Part shown: piece after piece, positions 60,615 to 64,000 of the stretch
How positions within the stretch are numbered: the stretch's first letter is position 1
Layout: every line of letters starts with the position of its first letter
Assembly (NCBI GenBank): GCA_965222075.1
Contig: OZ244937.1
Location: 3,680,001 to 3,744,000, forward strand
DNA length: 64,000 nt
DNA from: Candidatus Latescibacterota bacterium
GTDB lineage: Bacteria; Latescibacterota; UBA2968; GCA-2709665
Reading direction: 5' to 3'
Program-made: the position numbers and the translations under genes
Notes under the pieces: generated by a model
Told to the model about the DNA's origin: nothing
The model's database searches: none
Seen by the model: only the letters and a program-made list of their open reading frames with translations

Positions 60615-63600
60615 TCATTTTGTTTCCAGTTCGAGCTGGAGTTCATCCCAGAAGCGGGAGGGGAGCATGTCCCGGCCGGGGCGGTGGCGGACGCAGGTGA
60701 GGGTGAGCCGGTCCATGGCGCGGGTGATGCCGACATAGAGGAGCCGACGCTGTTCTTCCAGTTCCTTTCGACCGCCGCTTTTGACGGCCCGGGCATTGGG
60801 CAGAATGCGGTCTTCGAGGCCGCAGATGTAGACCTCCCGGAATTCGAGGCCTTTGGCGGCGTGGAGGGTGAGGAGGGTGACGGCGTCGCGTGATGGGGCG
60901 TCATCACCGGGGTGGTAGAGGTCGGCAAAGTCGAGGAAGTTCCGGATGGCTTCCCTCAGAGAGGAGGCACCGGCGCTGGATGCAGCAGCCTGGTCGCGAA
61001 AGCGCTGCACCCCGTCGGGGGCGTGCGCGGCCAGGGCCTCGGGCCGGGGCGCATCCTGCAGCCACATGCGGGTCTGAGCCCTGAGCCGGTCGGCGTCGAG
61101 GCGGGGAAAGCGCCGCGCGAGTTCTCGGATGAGGGTGTTGGCCGGTCCGAGGAGGCGCTGGGCGCCGAGTTTGAAGTGGACGTTGTCTTCGGGTGCGAAG
61201 CGGTTCTCCCGGGTATACGCCTCCTGAAAGAGCATGCCAAGGGCGACCCGGTCGAGAAGGCGTTCGTGGGCCATACGCCGGTACCGGGACGTGCGCTCCT
61301 GCTTGAGGCTTTCGAAGGCGCGGTGGAGGTAGCGGGCGTCGTCTAAGGCGCGGTGGCGATGCCCGTCCATTTTGATGCCGTAGCGCTCACAGAGGGCGTC
61401 GATGTTGTGGCGCACCTGAGGGGAGTAGCTGCGGGCCATGGGGAGGGTGTCGAGGGTGGGGTTGGGCAGGCGGGGACAGCCGGAACGGCGGACCTGGCGG
61501 TTGAGAACCTGGAAATCGAAGGCATAGCCGTTGTGCGCGATGAGGACATCAGCACCGACGAAGGCCTGGAATTCGGGATAGATTTCCCCAAAGCGGGGCG
61601 CACCGGCGACCTTTGCGGCAGAGATGCCGTGGATGTGCTGCGCCCCCGGAGCGATCCGCCCGCTGGGGCGGACCAGGGTGTGGAAGCGGTCGACCTCCCG
61701 GCCCCCGCGCACCCGCACAGCGCCGATTTCGACGATCTCGGCCCCGTCTACGTCGAGATCCGTGGTTTCGATGTCGAAGGCGGTGTAGTCGGGCAGGTGG
61801 TCGCCCAGGCCCGCACAGGTGAGGGCCTGGCAGAGTTTGAGAGCGGCGAGGGGAGGTCCGATTTCGGCCTGCCGGACGATGCCCCCAACATGGACGAAAG
61901 ACCCGGATGAGGCGGGCGGTTCCGGATCAAAGAAGAGGACGAGGGCGTCCGACTTGAGGACAAGCCGGCTTCCGGGGGGGGCCTCGCAGACGGTCAGCCT
62001 TGAACGCGCGAGGGCGCCCTGGAGGATTTGGGTGAGGATGTGGCGGAGGATTTCGTCGCGACAGGCGACATAGATCCGTCCGCCGTTTTTGTAGAGGGGG
62101 AGAAGGCTGTCTACGGCATCGGCAAATCCGGGCAGGTTGAGGGGGTCCTCAATCCTGTCCAGGTGGTTCTTGAGCGAGGGCAGGGCCGAGGTGTTGAGCT
62201 GGTCGAGGATGTCGTCAACAAGGTCGGGCAGGGAGACGCCGGCCCGCTTCTGCGCGGCATTGGCGACCACGCCGGCGAGCCCGAGGGCGCGTTCGACTTC
62301 GAGGCCTTCACCCTCGGAGGCCTCTTTGGGATATTGAAAGGCGGCCTGTTTGAAGCTGCCCAGGTTGTCCCGCTTCTGCAGCGCCCGAACCGCGGGGTAG
62401 AGGGCCGGGTCGGCCGCGTCGAGTTCCCGGCGGAGGAAGTGTTCGAGGCTGGCGTCGTCACCGCCGTCCAGGGCGTAGCGGAGGACGGAAAGGGCGCGGT
62501 GGAGGATGGGCTGGTCAAAGAGGCCCCGCGTTTGCGCCATCTGGCAGGGGATGCCGTCGTCCATGAAGATTTTTTCGAGTTCGGCGCCCAGGGCGTGCTG
62601 GGGATAAAGAACGGCGATCTGGCGGTAGGCGAGGGCGGGGGTTTCGGCGATGCGGCGAGCGATGTCGGCCACGATGAACCGGCCTTCGTCCCAAAAGGTG
62701 TCGAAGGCGACGCCGCGCACGAGGGCGCCCTGTTTCCGGGCGTGGAGATCCCGTTCGTAGAGGATCTCGTTGTTGGCGATGAGGTCGCGGGCGAGGCGGA
62801 CGATCTCTTCGGAGGAGCGGTAATTTTCTTCCAGTACGATCGGGTTGGCACAGCCGATGAAGTCCTCCCTGAAGCGCCGGATATTTCCCGGATCGGCGTT
62901 TCGCCAGCCGTAGATGGACTGTTCGTCGTCGGCCACGATGAAGAGGCTGCGGTGGGAGCGGGCGAGCATGCGCACGATCTCATACTGTTCGCGGTCGGTG
63001 TCCTGGAATTCGTCCACCAGGATATGCCGGAAGCGATCCCGGTAGGCCTTCAGGATGTCATCGCGGCGCCCCAAGAGGTCATGCGCGATGCTGATGAGGT
63101 CGTCGAAGTCGACCAGGCGGTTGCTGCGCAGTTCGGCTTCGTAGGCCTGGAGGAGCCTGCGGTCTCCCGAGGAGAGGGGACGGTCGGGGTCGTAGCGGCA
63201 CTGCCGCTTGAGGCGAGACAGGTTGTGGAGGACGTTGGTAAGGTTGGTTTCTTCCGGGTTCAGGCCCGGCACGGCGCGGTAGAGGAGGGTGCGCTGGAGG
63301 TCGGCGGCGGCGACGCTGAAGTGGGGGGAGAGGCCGGCGGTTTCGCAGTGTTCGCGCAGGACGCCCATGCAGAAGCGGTGGAAGGTGCCGGCCGTGATTT
63401 CGGTGGCGCGGTTCTCACCCAGGGAACGGCGGAGCCGGGCGGCCATTTCTCCGGCGGCCTTGTTGGTGAAGGTGAGGGCGAGGATGTGCTGCGGGGCCAC
63501 GTCGAGGTCGTCGACAAGGTGGCGAATCCGTTCGGTGAGCACGCGGGTCTTCCCGGTGCCGGGCCCGGCCAGGATGAGGAGGGGGCCAACCCGCGCGGTA

Positions 63601-63668
63601 ACGGCCTCCTTCTGGGCCGGGTTGAGGGCAAGGGTGTCGGGGACGGTGTGGCGGAGGTCTGGGGTCAT
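60615..63668 (-). CDS. UvrD/PcrA-family helicase with inserted DEDDh 3'-5' exonuclease
   Basis: LNPAQ, AGPGTGKT, TFTNKAA, VDEFQD, ENYRS; then FDIETT/AHNGYAFD/HRALDDA; then TLHAAKGLEF, RRLLYVGITRA; start uncertain. Confidence 0.9.
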   Translation of the reverse strand: MTPDLRHTVPDTLALNPAQKEAVTARVGPLLILAGPGTGKTRVLTERIRHLVDDLDVAPQHILALTFTNKAAGEMAARLRRSLGENRATEITAGTFHRFCMGVLREHCETAGLSPHFSVAAADLQRTLLYRAVPGLNPEETNLTNVLHNLSRLKRQCRYDPDRPLSSGDRRLLQAYEAELRSNRLVDFDDLISIAHDLLGRRDDILKAYRDRFRHILVDEFQDTDREQYEIVRMLARSHRSLFIVADDEQSIYGWRNADPGNIRRFREDFIGCANPIVLEENYRSSEEIVRLARDLIANNEILYERDLHARKQGALVRGVAFDTFWDEGRFIVADIARRIAETPALAYRQIAVLYPQHALGAELEKIFMDDGIPCQMAQTRGLFDQPILHRALSVLRYALDGGDDASLEHFLRRELDAADPALYPAVRALQKRDNLGSFKQAAFQYPKEASEGEGLEVERALGLAGVVANAAQKRAGVSLPDLVDDILDQLNTSALPSLKNHLDRIEDPLNLPGFADAVDSLLPLYKNGGRIYVACRDEILRHILTQILQGALARSRLTVCEAPPGSRLVLKSDALVLFFDPEPPASSGSFVHVGGIVRQAEIGPPLAALKLCQALTCAGLGDHLPDYTAFDIETTDLDVDGAEIVEIGAVRVRGGREVDRFHTLVRPSGRIAPGAQHIHGISAAKVAGAPRFGEIYPEFQAFVGADVLIAHNGYAFDFQVLNRQVRRSGCPRLPNPTLDTLPMARSYSPQVRHNIDALCERYGIKMDGHRHRALDDARYLHRAFESLKQERTSRYRRMAHERLLDRVALGMLFQEAYTRENRFAPEDNVHFKLGAQRLLGPANTLIRELARRFPRLDADRLRAQTRMWLQDAPRPEALAAHAPDGVQRFRDQAAASSAGASSLREAIRNFLDFADLYHPGDDAPSRDAVTLLTLHAAKGLEFREVYICGLEDRILPNARAVKSGGRKELEEQRRLLYVGITRAMDRLTLTCVRHRPGRDMLPSRFWDELQLELETK

Positions 63669-63792
63669 GGGGGTATTCAATTTTGAAAAATCGAAATCAC
63701 GTCTCCCGTCCTCCACGCCCGCGGGCGTAACAGGGGAATGTCTCAAAGAAGCGCTGCAAGTCCGCGGAGCGGGTCCGGGAGACCGGGCAAAA

Positions 63793-63808
63793 CTGTATAA
63801 TAATACAA
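63793..63808. promoter_or_regulatory. Palindromic operator resembling an SOS box
   Basis: CTGTATAATAATACAA (core TGTAT-N4-ATACA) upstream of the helicase. Confidence 0.4.
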
Positions 63809-64000
63809 TTCCAATCAGGGCGCTCGTTTTTTACCGGGACATCGGCGTTCGCCCGGCACACCACTGTTTGAAAATGGTTTGATATATACACTTCCTTTAT
63901 TATGTTGGACAGCCAGGACCACACGCCAGGCGTTCACACAAAGATCCATTTCAAGGGTGTACGAAGATGGTGGCACGACCCTCGGAAAGACCCCACCAGA

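Noticed and set aside
63968-63990. Sigma54 promoter (TGGCACG)
   Set aside because: The -12 TTGC element is missing at the required spacing.

Overview
GC-rich bacterial chromosomal segment with about 50 genes. An FCB-group, Latescibacterota-like origin is inferred only from gene content and a dockerin-like relic; it is not established. Housekeeping blocks: ECF sigma/anti-sigma/Spy operon, ilvB, sucC, gpmI, acnA, mdh, rne-rplU-rpmA, moeA-moaC, dnaK, larE-def-pncB-moaD-moaE, ilvD, lpxH-like gene and a UvrD-exonuclease fusion. These flank an accessory catabolic region of about 20 kb that begins right after tRNA-Lys(CTT). Most notable observations: (1) Two ORFs of the track (42113-42418 and 40763-42055) form one 551-aa selenoprotein read through an in-frame UGA (GH-U-STC, UxxC) with a SECIS-like hairpin. 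It lies directly upstream of a fused 5-oxoprolinase, both D-glutamate-cyclase-like domains (DUF1445, DUF4392) and four dehydrogenases, which makes a candidate undescribed D-Glu/5-oxoproline pathway. (2) An unannotated ribosome-type attenuator (promoter, 43-aa Val/Asn-rich leader, 13/14-bp antiterminator, terminator) precedes a methyltransferase at the left edge. (3) A large pseudoknot lies in the rne leader. (4) One protein has nested DUF2341/LamG/7-bladed-propeller domains. (5) An uncharacterised ATP-grasp-like gene is coupled to an Fe-S-type LarE. (6) Several families of short intergenic palindromic repeats occur. No CRISPR array, integrase, transposase or rRNA gene was seen. All family calls come from recognised motifs, not from database searches.
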